The position numbers were made by a program, and so were the translations under genes. From the NCBI GenBank assembly GCA_001662655.1, contig KV460225.1: DNA of 64,000 bases; one strand, 5' to 3'. The notes beneath the pieces are model-generated. The model did no database searches and was not told the origin of the DNA. It saw nothing but the letters and a program-made list of their open reading frames with translations. Every line of letters starts with the position of its first letter. Position 1 is the stretch's first letter. Of the stretch, positions 1-11,989 are shown piece by piece. Origin of the DNA: Pseudogymnoascus verrucosus. Taxonomy: Eukaryota.

Positions 1-85
1 GAGGCCCGTTAACACCACCGATGGTATTGTACCTGATCCTGGGCGTAACGTTGTACGATGACGACTCGCGTGGATCGGTCGTCAT
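1..85 (-). CDS. VMA2: V-type ATPase subunit B, 5' end (runs off the window)
   Basis: ATG at 85 translates MTTDPRESSSYNVTPRIRYNTIGGVNGP, the typical fungal Vma2 N-terminus; not in the ORF track. Confidence 0.85.
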   Translation of the reverse strand, partial: MTTDPRESSSYNVTPRIRYNTIGGVNGP

Positions 86-556
86 GGTTGCGAAGTTTGG
101 CGGAGATGGAGGAGGTGTGGGCTATATAGATGCTGTTCTTGCTGGAGGGGAGTTGTGTCGGGCTCCTGCACTACCAAGAGTGCGGCGTGGGTGAGGTGGT
201 GGGAGGAGAGGGGAGTGAGAGCTTGGAAGTTGGAGCTCAACCCTTGGGGACGATAAGCTAGGTTGCTGGAACATGAGCGCCAAGAGTTACAGCCACGTCA
301 CGTGATTTGATCGACGTGGGAGGTCTGGCGCAAGACTTGAGTGAGAATAATATGGGGATTTTGGAAAATAGAAGGAAATAATGGGTATATGCGGTATATA
401 TGCGTAAAGGGTACACTGATGCTTAATCTTGAGCTGGTTCTTTAACTTGGCGCTGCACAATAGTGAGACTTGCATCCATACCACCCCCCAAACGCTTCAA
501 AGACTTGACTGCTTTTTGATATTTATATTTACATCCAATGCCCAGCAGTACACCTC

Positions 557-1686
557 TCACGTAGCCAGCGTCCTCCTCCCCAGCACCGCCTTCCCCACAC
601 TACTCGAATTCGGCTTCTCAATCTCCTTCGTAATCCACGCCCCAATATCCGCCACCGCATCCAAATCCACCCCCGTATCCATCCCCAAGCTCTCAAGGAA
701 ATACACCATATCCTCCGTCGCCACATTCCCCGTCGCCCCCGGACTATACGGACACCCTCCCAACCCGCCCACACTGCTATCAAACGTCCTAATCCCGTGC
801 TCCAGCGACACCGCCGTGTTAACAAGAGCTTGCCCAAATGTATCATGGAAATGCATCGCCATATCCTCATTCCTTATCCCCGCCGCCGTCATCGCGCGAA
901 GCAGCTCTGCCGTCCGCGGCGCGGTACCCATTCCCGTCGTGTCGCCTAGGGCGATCTCATCAACACCCATCTCGAGGAGGTCCGTAGCCACCTCAGCGAC
1001 TTTATGGGGATCGACATCGTACCCTTCGAATGGGCAGCCGAGGACCGTGGAGATGTATCCGCGCACGCGGTAGCCGGCGTCTTTGGCGCCCTGGATGACG
1101 GGCTTGAACCGCTCGAGGGAGGTGGCGATGTCGCAGTTGAGGTTCTTCTGCGTGAAGGACTCGGTGGCGGCGGCGAAGACGGAGAATTCGATTTTGGGGG
1201 CGTCGGGGCGCGCGGTGTGGCCTGCGGCTTTGAGGACTGCCATGGCGGCTTCGAAGCCCTTGATGTTGGGGGCGAGGAAGGAGTAGTTTATGGGGTATTT
1301 GGAGTCGGGGGTTTCTTTGATTATGCTTTCGAGGATCTCGTTTGATGTTGCCATCTAATGGTTCAGTTTGTTAGCTGGAGCTTGCGGTAGGAGTTGACGT
1401 AGATGTGTGAACGCACCTGCGGAACCCATTTGGGAGATACGAAGGAACCAGCCTCAATATCCCTCAACCCCGTCTTTGCTAATCGCGATATGAGATCCAA
1501 TTTCGTATCTGTTGATATAGTCTTCTTCTCATTCTGCAGCCCATCTCTCGCTCCCACCTCCACAATCCTTACACGATTATTCCTCGGTGGCGGCGTCGGA
1601 TCAGCCGTCGTAGCAAAGGCAAACCCTCTCATTTGGCGCGCATTGAGTCGCCTCACGCATCTCACAGTTGGTCGTAGTAACGCCAT
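557..1686 (-). CDS. HMGCL: Hydroxymethylglutaryl-CoA lyase, mitochondrial; 2 exons (intron 1355-1416)
   Basis: IVEVGARDGLQNE, HFHDT and GLGGCPYSPGATGNVATED motifs; Arg-rich presequence; GT..AG intron with CTAAC branch site. Confidence 0.95.
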
Positions 1687-1977
1687 TGCTGTTCGAATGT
1701 CTCAATAATTCAAAATGACGACGTTTTCTTCTACGGTGTAAGGTTATGTCAGTGTCGTCGTCGGTTCAGAGCTGGCCGCGGGTTACATTGGGGTAGTTAT
1801 GCGGGGAAAGCTCGGGCCAATTGTGCCGCAGCAAGCCGGCGGAGCGCAGCCTTGTCAAAAAGTCGTTAGCCTTGCGGAGGGGTTGATGACTTTTTGGCGA
1901 CGATCGGAGGGTCGGATGAAATATAGTTACTACTTTTGATACGACAACCCCGCCTTTTGCGAATATAAATCGCTGAA

Positions 1978-3353
1978 ATGGAGGAAGATAGAGCGGAAGG
2001 AAATCTAGGGATTGCGGCGGATCTCGAAGAAAACCAGGAGCCTGTCGTCCAGAGGCAGCCGAAGAAGAGGTTTGTGGGGAGACGGGCGGCTGCTGAGAAT
2101 GCAGCGAAGGGTGCGGAGAGTGGGACGTCTATTGAGACTGCGGTGCAAGGTGAGTTTATATTATCAACTTTGAATATACAGAAACTAACTCCGCCCCAGT
2201 TGCAACCCCCCGGCGGACACCCCGGCAACTAAACCAAGTCCCGCCTGAGATCCTCAACGATCCCGACATCAACGCCGCCATCGCCCTCCTCCCCCCCAAC
2301 TACTCCTTCGAACTCCACAAAACCATCCACCGCATCCGCACCAACGGCTCCACCAAAGTCGCCCTCCAAATGCCCGAAGGCCTCCTCCTCTTCGCCACCA
2401 CCATCTCCGACATCCTCACCCAGTTCTGCCCGGGCATCGAAACCGTCATCATGGGCGACGTCACCTACGGCGCCTGCTGCATCGACGACTATACCGCCCG
2501 CGCCCTCGGCTGCGACCTACTCGTTCACTACGCCCATTCCTGCCTCATCCCCGTGGACGTCACGAAGATAAAGACCCTCTACGTCTTCGTCGACATCTCC
2601 ATCGACACCGCGCATCTCCTCGCAACCATCACCCGCAACTTCGCCGCCGGAAAGACAATCGCAATGGTCGGCACGATCCAGTTCAACGCCACGCTGCACG
2701 GCGTCCGCGCCCCCCTCGAAGCAGCAGGCTTTAAAGTCCTGATCCCCCAGATCTCACCCCTCAGCAAAGGCGAGATCCTCGGCTGCACGTCGCCGAAGCT
2801 TGACGCGGATGGCGTGGATTACATCCTCTACCTTGGAGACGGCCGCTTCCACCTCGAGAGCGCCATGATCCACAACCCCTCCATCCACGCCTACCGCTAC
2901 GACCCCTACTCCCGCCGCCTCACCCGCGAACTCTACGACCACGCCGAGATGCACGGTCTCCGGCGGTCGGCCATCCACGCCGCTAAATCAGCCAAAAAAT
3001 GGGGTCTAATCCTCGGTTCCCTCGGACGCCAGGGAAACCCTCACACGATGTCTTTGATCGAGAAGAAACTCACCGAGCGAGGGATTCCCTACATCTACCT
3101 CCTCCTCTCGGAGATCTTTCCGGGGAAACTGGCGATGATGGAGGAGGTGGAGTGTTGGGTGCAGGTTGCGTGTCCGAGGTTGAGTATTGATTGGGGGTAT
3201 GCGTTTCCGAGACCGCTTTTGACGCCGTATGAGGCGCTGATTGTGTTGGGGGAGAAAGAGGATTGGAAGGGGAGTGGGGATGTTTATCCGATGGATTATT
3301 ATGGGAAGGAGGGGTTGGGGAGGGTTAAGGAGGCGGTTGTTACGGCGGCGTAG
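1978..3353 (+). CDS. DPH1: Diphthamide biosynthesis protein 1; intron 2150-2199
   Basis: [37 protein letters not shown] and [10 protein letters not shown] motifs. Confidence 0.95.
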
Positions 3354-5036
3354 GGGGGGGGGGTATGCGCGGATAGGAAGAATATGGGATGAACTGGAGT
3401 TAGGTTGTGGTGAAGCTGGCATGCGCGGCTTGGAAGAAGAAGGAATGAACTGGAGACAGAATGGGGGTGGAGCTGGTATGCTCAGCTAGCAGGAAGAGGC
3501 AAGGAACTGGAGTCAGCGGGATATCGGCTCACACGGCGATGAGGGCAGGGAGTTACTATACAGCGACCTACTCATCAAGATGGCCACATCTGATCTGCGC
3601 TCTTCAAGGTGTGGTCGCCCACGATGCGAGTTAGTCTCACCCCTTCACCCCTCCCCGGAACAGACCGGCAGTCAACCCTCCCACCTGCCAATAGCGGCAA
3701 AGGAGCACGCGTACTCCCCACATCTCGTTGGAGAAGGGGAACGGCACGAGCCCATTCTTCTCATCCCATCCGGAGATGGAGGGCTGAAGAGGGGCACGAC
3801 ATGATGCTGGTTGTCCCAGATACGTGGTGGTGCTTCATGGGGCGTTGAAGGGGAGAGTTTCGGGTCAATAGATATAGGGATACAGATTTGCATATTGGTA
3901 GCACATAGCAGGCAGATTCCGGAAACTGCAGCCTTGATGGTTGAAACTGATGAAGCCGTTTCTGGAGCTCTGACTGATGCCTAGATGAAATGCCATGAGT
4001 GATGCGGGGTGTATTCGATCCATCACAATTGCATGTATTCTCAAGTCCAGACCATCCTCCAACAATCCTCCAACAATAAGCAAATATAAATATAGACGAC
4101 TCGACGGCACCTGGACCTCTCACGAGACTCCCCACGTGCTGGAAAGAAGAGTTGGGATAGGGGGTTGGGGGTAGTGGTGGCGGCTGATTTATACCCTGGG
4201 CTGTGATGTGTGTGGGTGGTGGTGTGGTGGTGTGGTGGTGGCGGTTGTGGTGGCGGTGGCTGCAGCGGAATATGTGCATCTGCACCTGTAGGGCCATTTT
4301 AGAGTGACAACCACCACACCATCACCCACCGACCCCGCCCAGCCCCGCCCAGGCCACAATTGTGTACTGCAACCACTAACAATCACTAAAAACCACTAAC
4401 ATCCACTAACACCATCACTAAACCCACTAACTAACTCCCCATCACCAAATCCACCGAATCATAACACCCGTATCTCAAACCCCAGCCCACTCCTAGCCCG
4501 CAACCTCCCAAGGCACGACCAATGTCTGATTCGAGAAAGGAAACAGCAGCCAGTACAATTACACAATCCCGCACCTCTGACGCACTTATTTATTCCTCTC
4601 GACAAATCCTCAACTTCCCTCAAACCCACGCCAGCGCGCCCCCCAATTGCCGCCATTCCCCATACGATACACACTATAATCCCCGCCGATTCGTCGACTG
4701 GGAAAAAAGAGCAACATCCCGATTGCGGGAACACGAGATTCGAAGCCTAGATCCTCTCTTTCCTCCCCCAATACCGCGAAACTGGCGACAGGAGGGATAG
4801 TCCCTCCTCTATCAGCGCGCACCAACACCGAGAAACAAACACAGAGCAGCGAAAACAAGAACAGGAACGAGAAGAACGGACAGAGCAGCAAGGAGGGCCA
4901 ATCTGATGCGTACGAGCTTACCGACTTCAATCATCCCCCAAAACACACCACCGCCGACGACGACTTCGAGGCCCGAGAGGCGAGACGGCTTGCTAAGAGG
5001 GTTGAGAAGCTCGCGAGGCGAGAGGAGGAGTTCGAG

Positions 5037-7753
5037 ATGAAGTTCTCGCATAGTATACAGTTCAATGCGGTGCCGGATTGGAGTAGCCATTACATCGCAT
5101 ACAGCAATCTCAAGAAATTGTGAGTATAGCCTGTACGAGGATCTGGGCCTGGACCCGAGGGATAGCCCAGGTGTGTGAGAGAGAGACATTGCTAACACCA
5201 CAAACACAGAATATACCAGCTCGAGAAAAACCAAAACCAACAAAATGCCCAAGCCACCGACGCCGAGGCCTCTCCCCTCCTCGCCGGCAACGTCGACCCC
5301 GACCAGATCTTCACGCGCGCCCTAGACGTCGAGCTCGAGAAGATCAGCAGCTTCTACCAGATCAAAGAGCTCGAGATCTTCAGCGAGATTTCCGAGCTGC
5401 TCTCCCAGCAGGAGGAATACGATGCCGAGATGCAGGAGAACGGCATGGAGGGTTCATCCGACGTGCATGACGGACACGCGAGACGGCTTAGCAGCTTCTA
5501 CAGGGGGAATACGGTGAGGAATCCCAGGCCGTTGAGTGCGGCGACTAGGTCGATGACGGATGATGTCGATGATAGCGATGAGGATGATGATGAGGAGACG
5601 GCGCTGCATAGAAAGAAGCCGGAGGTTAGGAGGTCGATGACGGCGCCGTCTGATGTGGACGGGTCGCATGGGGCAGAGGATATGTGGAATTCCACCGCGG
5701 AATTGAACCGGCGCAGCAGCGTCGCCGCATACGACGACTACGCCAACGAGGCATTCACGCTGTACTACTCGTCCGGCATCTCGCTGAAGAAGAACACCGT
5801 CAGCCTGTACGTCCAACTATGCGAGCTCAAATCCTTCATCCAGCTCAACCAAACCGGCTTCCGCAAAGTCCTCAAGAAATACGACAAAATCCTCGACCGC
5901 AACCTCCGCGAGAAATACATGTCCCAAACCGTCGCCCCCTCCTACGTCTTCCGCCCCTCAACCATCAAGCACGTCGAAGAGAACATCGGCCGCATGGAAA
6001 CCATCTACGCCGACGTCGTCACAGCGGGCGACCTCACCCTCGCCAAAAAAGAACTCCGTCTCCACCTCCGCGAACACGTCGTCTGGGAACGCAACACAGT
6101 CTGGCGCGAAATGATCGGCATAGAACGCAAAGCCCAAGCCGCAAACATGGGAATCCGCCGCACCCTCCTCGGCGCGGACCCTGACCCGAGCCACGCGCGC
6201 CTCCAGGGCGACGACGAGGGACTCGCGGATCTAAAGGGCATCAACACCCCCGTGGGACGCATGTACTACCCCGCCTGGCTCTTCAGCAGCACAATGCTCG
6301 TCCTCCTCCTCATCATCGGCATCTTCATCCTCCTCCTCATCGTCCCAATCATGGCCAACCCAGAGCAACAAAACTGCCTCGCAATGCTCGTCTTCGTCTC
6401 CCTCCTCTGGGCCACAGAAGTAATCCCCCTATTCGTCACATCCCTCCTCATCCCCTTCCTTTGCGTCACCCTCCGCGTCGTCCGCTCCGACGACGCTCCC
6501 CACCACCGTCTCGGCGCCAAACCAGCCGCGGCCTATATCTTCGCCGCTATGTGGACACCAGTCATCATGCTCCTCCTCGGCGGCTTCACCATCGCCGCCG
6601 CGTTGTCAAAATACGATATCGCGAAACGCATCGCTACCCTCGTGCTCTCCAAGGCTGGGACGCGCCCGCGCACAGTGCTGGTGACGAATATGTTCGTCGC
6701 CGCCTTCGCAAGCATGTGGATCTCCAACGTCGCCGCCCCAGTCCTGTGCTTCTCCATCATCCAGCCCATGCTGCGTAACCTTCCCTCCGACTCCAACATG
6801 TCCAAAGCGCTCATCCTGGGTATCGCCTTAGCCTCAAACGTAGGCGGCATGCTCTCCCCCATCGCCTCCCCGCAAAACATCATCGCACTCGCCATCATGT
6901 CCCCGCAGCCCTCGTGGGCGATATGGTTCTTCATCGCCATCCCCGTCGGCGTAATCTCCCTCCTACTCATCTGGGTCCTCCTCCTCGCGAGTTTCAAGCC
7001 GGGGAAGGGCACGACTATCGTAGCTGTTAGGCCGGTTAAGGACCCGTTCTCGGGGATTCAGTGGTTTATTTCGCTGGTTACGTTGGCGACTATTATTTTG
7101 TGGTGTGTGAGTCATCAGTTGGAGCATGTGTTGGGGGATATGGGCGTTGTTGCCATCATCCCCCTCGTCCTCTTCTTCGGCACCGGCATCCTCACAAAGG
7201 AAGACTTTAACAACTTCCTATGGACCATCATCATCCTCGCCGCCGGGGGTCTTGCCCTGGGTAAAGCGGTGAATTCATCAGGTCTCCTGCATACCATCGC
7301 TGCATCCATCACCGACGCCGTCGAAGGACTGAGCCTGTACTCTGTCCTCGTGGTATTCGCGACTCTGATCCTGGTGGTGGCGACGTTTATCAGTCACACG
7401 GTCGCGGCGCTGATTATCCTGCCCCTTGTGCATAGCGTGGGGATCGGGATGGAGAATCCGCATCCGAATTTGCTGGTTATGGGGGGGGCGTTGATGTGTA
7501 GTGCTGCTATGGGGTTGCCGACTAGTGGGTTTCCTAATATGAGTAAGTTTAATCCCCCCTATTGGTGTTGGTACCGCGTGGATGGATGATGGCTAACACA
7601 CAGACAGCTGCCATCATGATGGAAGACTCCCAAACAGGCCAACGCTACCTACAAGTAAAACACTTCATCAGCCGCGGTGTCCCATCGTCTATCCTTACTC
7701 TGCTCGTCGTCATTACTGTCGGGTACGGGGCTATGCTCATCTCGAATATTTGA
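5037..7753 (+). CDS. PHO91: SPX-domain low-affinity phosphate transporter (Pho87/90/91 family); introns 5120-5209 and 7543-7607
   Basis: MKFSHSIQFNAVPDWSSHYIAYSNLKK SPX start, LNQTGFRKVLKKYDK, SLC13-type transmembrane region (SMWISNVAAP, SPIASPQN, SGFPNM). Confidence 0.93.
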
Positions 7754-8269
7754 GTCTCTTTTACATATATATTAGTATTTGTACTATTGTGCCGACGTAG
7801 CATACCTTACTTTGCTCCTTTTTTTTCCTTTTTTTTGTTGGAACGCGGAGGAGCTGCAGGAGTGGAAAGTGTGTGTGAGCGGCATTTTGTGTTTTTTTTT
7901 TGGAGGCGTTAGGGGGGTTGTGTGGATAGACCGGGGAGTAGATATAGAGTAATGCATACAAGTGTATTTTCTTTTGTGCTACATTGATTCCGTATGCTGA
8001 GTGGATATCATTTTCCACAATGGATTTACGTGCTCGTACACCTACCTCACCCCATTTCCACCAGGAAATCATACGTTTCTTCATTTTTTGGCTATAAATT
8101 CTGAAGTTTTGAAGCCCGGGAACAATCCCACCATACGCAGATCGACCATCCATATGCCACAGCCATGGAGCGGTTGTTGGAGTTATCAGAGAAAGGATGG
8201 GATCTACTGACATTGGAATCAAGGAAGCTGGTGTGCGGTTGGGGGTGGTTACTCTCGTTGTGGTGTTGT

Positions 8270-9420
8270 CGTGATGAGGTGTTGTCGTTGGAGTCTTCGC
8301 ACCGCCGCGGTTTTCTCACCGCCACCACCCATTTTTCTCACCATCGACCATTCTCCCCACCATCCGCTTTCTCAGTTGTCACTCCTATTTCGAATGATCT
8401 TCCGCGTCCCACCTGTATGGACAGTCGAAGAAAGGATTCGTTCATTCGCAGGTGAACGTGTAAGTGTTAGAGTTGCCATTGTCGCCGTCGCTGTCTTCCT
8501 CGGAAGATAGAGAACGAGAGAAAGAACGGGGGGGGGTAATATAACTGTAGACTTCACCCATAATAGAAAAGCTCGAGTATACGGAAGTATAAAAGATCCC
8601 TTGCCTATGGGTCTGAATTTAGCTCCCCCAAAAAATCAAAGATTCTGCAATGCAACCATTTTAAGTCTTTGGGTGTTTCCCGTATACCGGGTTGGAAAGG
8701 AATGGTCTCACGCAGTGGATCTTTCTCGTGGATGTGCTGCTTTACTTCTATGCTTTGAGGTTGCTGTTGTTGTCGGTGGGTTCTCGCCATCACCCCTTTT
8801 CTCACCCACGCCTATTCTTCCCAACCGGTCCCGTTTCTCAGTTGCCACTCGTATTTGAATTGATCTCCCGCGACCTATCAGCATGGATGATCTGTGGTTG
8901 CGACTCGGTCCTTTACAGACGACCATGTCTATGTTGTTGCCAGTGTTGCTTTTGCCATCGTCTTAAGAAGGAGACGAAAGCCGGGAGTTAAGGTGACTAT
9001 AGAATTCAAAAGCAGTGCCGAACTCGAGCGTATTGAAGTATGGAAGTTGCCTTGAATCTGAATATGAGGCTGCCTCAAGAAAACAAAGAAATCGCCCGCG
9101 AAGAACGCACGTGCTTTCAACCTACTGGATTGGGAAAAAATGGCCTTACGCAATGAGTCCTTCTTACGGACGTGCTGCGCTGGGCCTCTGGTTTGTGGGT
9201 GCTGCTGCTGTTGCGGCTTTCTCACCGTCACCACCCATTTTATCATCGACGTCAATTCTCCCCACCGAGGCCCTTTCTCAGCCACTGCCTAAATTTCTGT
9301 TTAACCCCCCCCACCCCCCCAAAAAAAGATCCACACACGCATGGTTGATCTATGTCAAAGTTCCTGGGCATTTGCCATGAGTGTTGATGTTGTCAGTCGG
9401 CGTCGGCGTCGTTGTCGTCG
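8270..9420. repeat. Diverged tandem repeat, about three units of 440-470 bp
   Basis: Related blocks TTCTC(A/G)CC..CACCC..TTT..ATTCT.CCC..TTTCTCAG at about 8311, 8781 and 9218; CTCGAG..GAAGTAT blocks at about 8572 and 9023. Confidence 0.6.
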
Positions 9421-10556
9421 TCATCGTCGTTGTTGTTTTCGTTATTGTTGTTGGGGAGCTTAATAGGGAGAGGGAAAGGGGTTAAATGCGGGATCGACTG
9501 TTAGAGTTGGGGGGAAGGGGTTACGGAAGTTGGTTGGTTGGTGAGTTGTGCTGAGAGGAGGAGTATGAGATGAGCTGGTGGTCGGAGGAGGGGGGTTGAA
9601 CTAGAATGGGGTCAGCAGCGTTAGATGCGTTGAATGTGTGCTGCGGGATGGGTGGATGAAAAGTGAGAAATGAATATCTTCCAAAAGCAAGTTAACTTAC
9701 TGTGGGAGAAACTGTATTTGCTTACTATATAACCACAATAGGTTGGCCTTACGACTAAGATTGACCAGTTAAGTCCACATGAATACAATGTATTGATATG
9801 GGGTTCTGCGTAATCCTTGGAGGGTTTAGATTTCGGGATTGGGGGTTTCAAGGATGGTGAGTTCTGGCTATGGTGAAAGCTTCTTGTTGGCGGGGCGTTA
9901 TTTAACCGTCGTCGAGCTGTTCTCGTTTCTTTGGTGCTGCCACCGTCGGGTTTGTCACTGTCGTGGAGTTGCTGCTCAGGGGTAAGGGGTGACGTGCCTT
10001 GAGCTTAGCCACGTGGTGATTGGCATCTGCAAGCGTATGAGCTCTGGGGTTCGGCTTCTTAGTTCTGGCTCTCTCATGTCGCTGTAAGCTGCTGCCGAGA
10101 CGTCGCCATGACGGGAAGGAAAGAACATTTTATAGGCGTTGCCAATATGAGTTACCCATGTGACAGTCGGGCCTCAAAAACTGTCCGCAGACATATTAAT
10201 CTCGAACCCCTGGGGTTATTGTGAGACTTCACGATTCTGGCAAGTGCGATCTGGCGGGTGCACCTTCAATATTTGTGTCCAACGGTTCCAGGGTAGCTCT
10301 TTCCAAACATGAAGTTATCACACTCGCTCCTGCCGTCTAGGATCCTTCAAATTAACTCTCGTTTTCACTTGTTTGTCTTGGATATGATCCGTAATTATTC
10401 ATCAACTATCCATACTCACCATCGACGGCTATTATATCAAATAAAACAGTGTTTGTTACTAGCCAGCCAACAGAAACCGATTATACTGTTACTACAAAAG
10501 TGAGAAGACTAAACAATTGCTCGTTCGAAGAAGCACCTCCTTTACAGCTTGAGACA

Positions 10557-11615
10557 ATGGGTTATAAGGTAAATAAACATACTCCCACCGTCTGTCCCAT
10601 ACTCACCCGACCAACTCAGATTGAGAAACGCAGACGTCGCTCCAGCTCCCCAGAACACGTAGACCCCAAACAAAGCACCACTTCACGGAAGCGCACCCGC
10701 CATGGACACAACACTCGAAACACCCGAAGCCAAAGTCCAAACCAAGCAGACTCGCCCCATCCCAGAAGCGAATATACCCCCGCACCCCCAAGCAACCTCC
10801 CCGAAGTTGCCCAGGCGTCTCTCATCGTCAAAGATGAAACAGAATCTCTCGTCCTAGACGCGTTCCCCAATCTCGACATCAGCTCCCCCGTCCCCTCCCC
10901 GATGTCCGTCGACGTCGACTCCACCAACCCCATCGAAAGTTCCGACCCTGACTCCCCCATGCCCGCCAATGCCACAGAATCCGAATCCACCATGAAACTA
11001 GGCTCCGACGTCGAACTCGCCGCCTTCCAGTCCCCCGAAGTCCTCTGCGTCGGCTATAGCACTCTCCCGCTTGCCGGCATCGTCGAGCTCCTCACACCAA
11101 TGGACGTTTCCCACATCGTCGACATTCGCTCCAAACCAGTCTCAAATGTTAACCCGGAGTTTGACATTGTGAAACTGAAGTCCAGCAGGTATCTCATGGA
11201 GAACAACATTGAGTATCTCTGGCTCGGGCTGTCGCTCGGGGGACGAAGGGATAATATGGAAAAGGACAATATGGCAGCCGTGATAAGACACAAGGAGATG
11301 CTCGTGCCGGACTTGAAGAACTACGCTGCGTATATGACTACCCGGGAATTCAAAGCGGGATTGACCCAGTTAAAGGATCTGGCGATAGAGCAGGCGAAGA
11401 TAGGGAAGAGGGTCGTGATTATGTGCGATGAGGCCGTGCACTGGCGGTGTCATCGACGCATGATTGCAGATAGACTTGTGGCGGATAACTGGACCGTGAA
11501 GCATATGGGGTTGAAGGTGAAAGAGTGCGTGGATCATGTCATGTGGAATATTTCGAGGAAGGCTCCGGATGGGGAGGTGGTGTATGATAAGCCGCGGCCG
11601 CAGCTTGAAAACTGA
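10557..11615 (+). CDS. DUF488-domain protein with low-complexity N-terminus; probable in-frame intron 10569-10619
   Basis: VGYS, VDIRSKP, YLWLGLSLGGRR and MCDEAVHWRCHRRMIAD match the DUF488 pattern. Confidence 0.8.
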   Translation: MGYKVNKHTPTVCPILTRPTQIEKRRRRSSSPEHVDPKQSTTSRKRTRHGHNTRNTRSQSPNQADSPHPRSEYTPAPPSNLPEVAQASLIVKDETESLVLDAFPNLDISSPVPSPMSVDVDSTNPIESSDPDSPMPANATESESTMKLGSDVELAAFQSPEVLCVGYSTLPLAGIVELLTPMDVSHIVDIRSKPVSNVNPEFDIVKLKSSRYLMENNIEYLWLGLSLGGRRDNMEKDNMAAVIRHKEMLVPDLKNYAAYMTTREFKAGLTQLKDLAIEQAKIGKRVVIMCDEAVHWRCHRRMIADRLVADNWTVKHMGLKVKECVDHVMWNISRKAPDGEVVYDKPRPQLEN

Positions 11616-11989
11616 GGAGGGGTATGTATCACCTCTCACTAAAAGGATTGATTTTATTATCGAAGGGGGGGCCGTCTCTAGTTGCTTGTAAGGTTAGGGG
11701 TTCAAGCATTTGTTATGGGCTTGTTGGGTAACTCGGTTGCAGGGTGGTAGTTGGATTGAAAAAGGGTGGCTTGGTTGTGTATCGTCGTTAATAAAAGATG
11801 TGATAACTCTCAAAATGGCAGACAGTTTGTAAACCGAACCCGGTGTATTGCAGTATATTAAAACATATCTAAACCCCATAAGTATCGCCATAAAAACCTC
11901 TAATTAATATTAGAAAAAATAATTATAACATTTCAAACCCAAATGATACCACCTCCAACGCCACCACTCAATTCTGCCCCTCTTCTACA

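Noticed and set aside
4133..4138. CACGTG as a phosphate-regulon (Pho4/NUC-1) site for PHO91
   Set aside because: The same hexamer occurs in many promoters in this window, so it is not specific evidence
4373..4435. CACTAA repeats with 10-bp spacing
   Set aside because: Low-complexity promoter sequence; not the telomeric repeat and no further support
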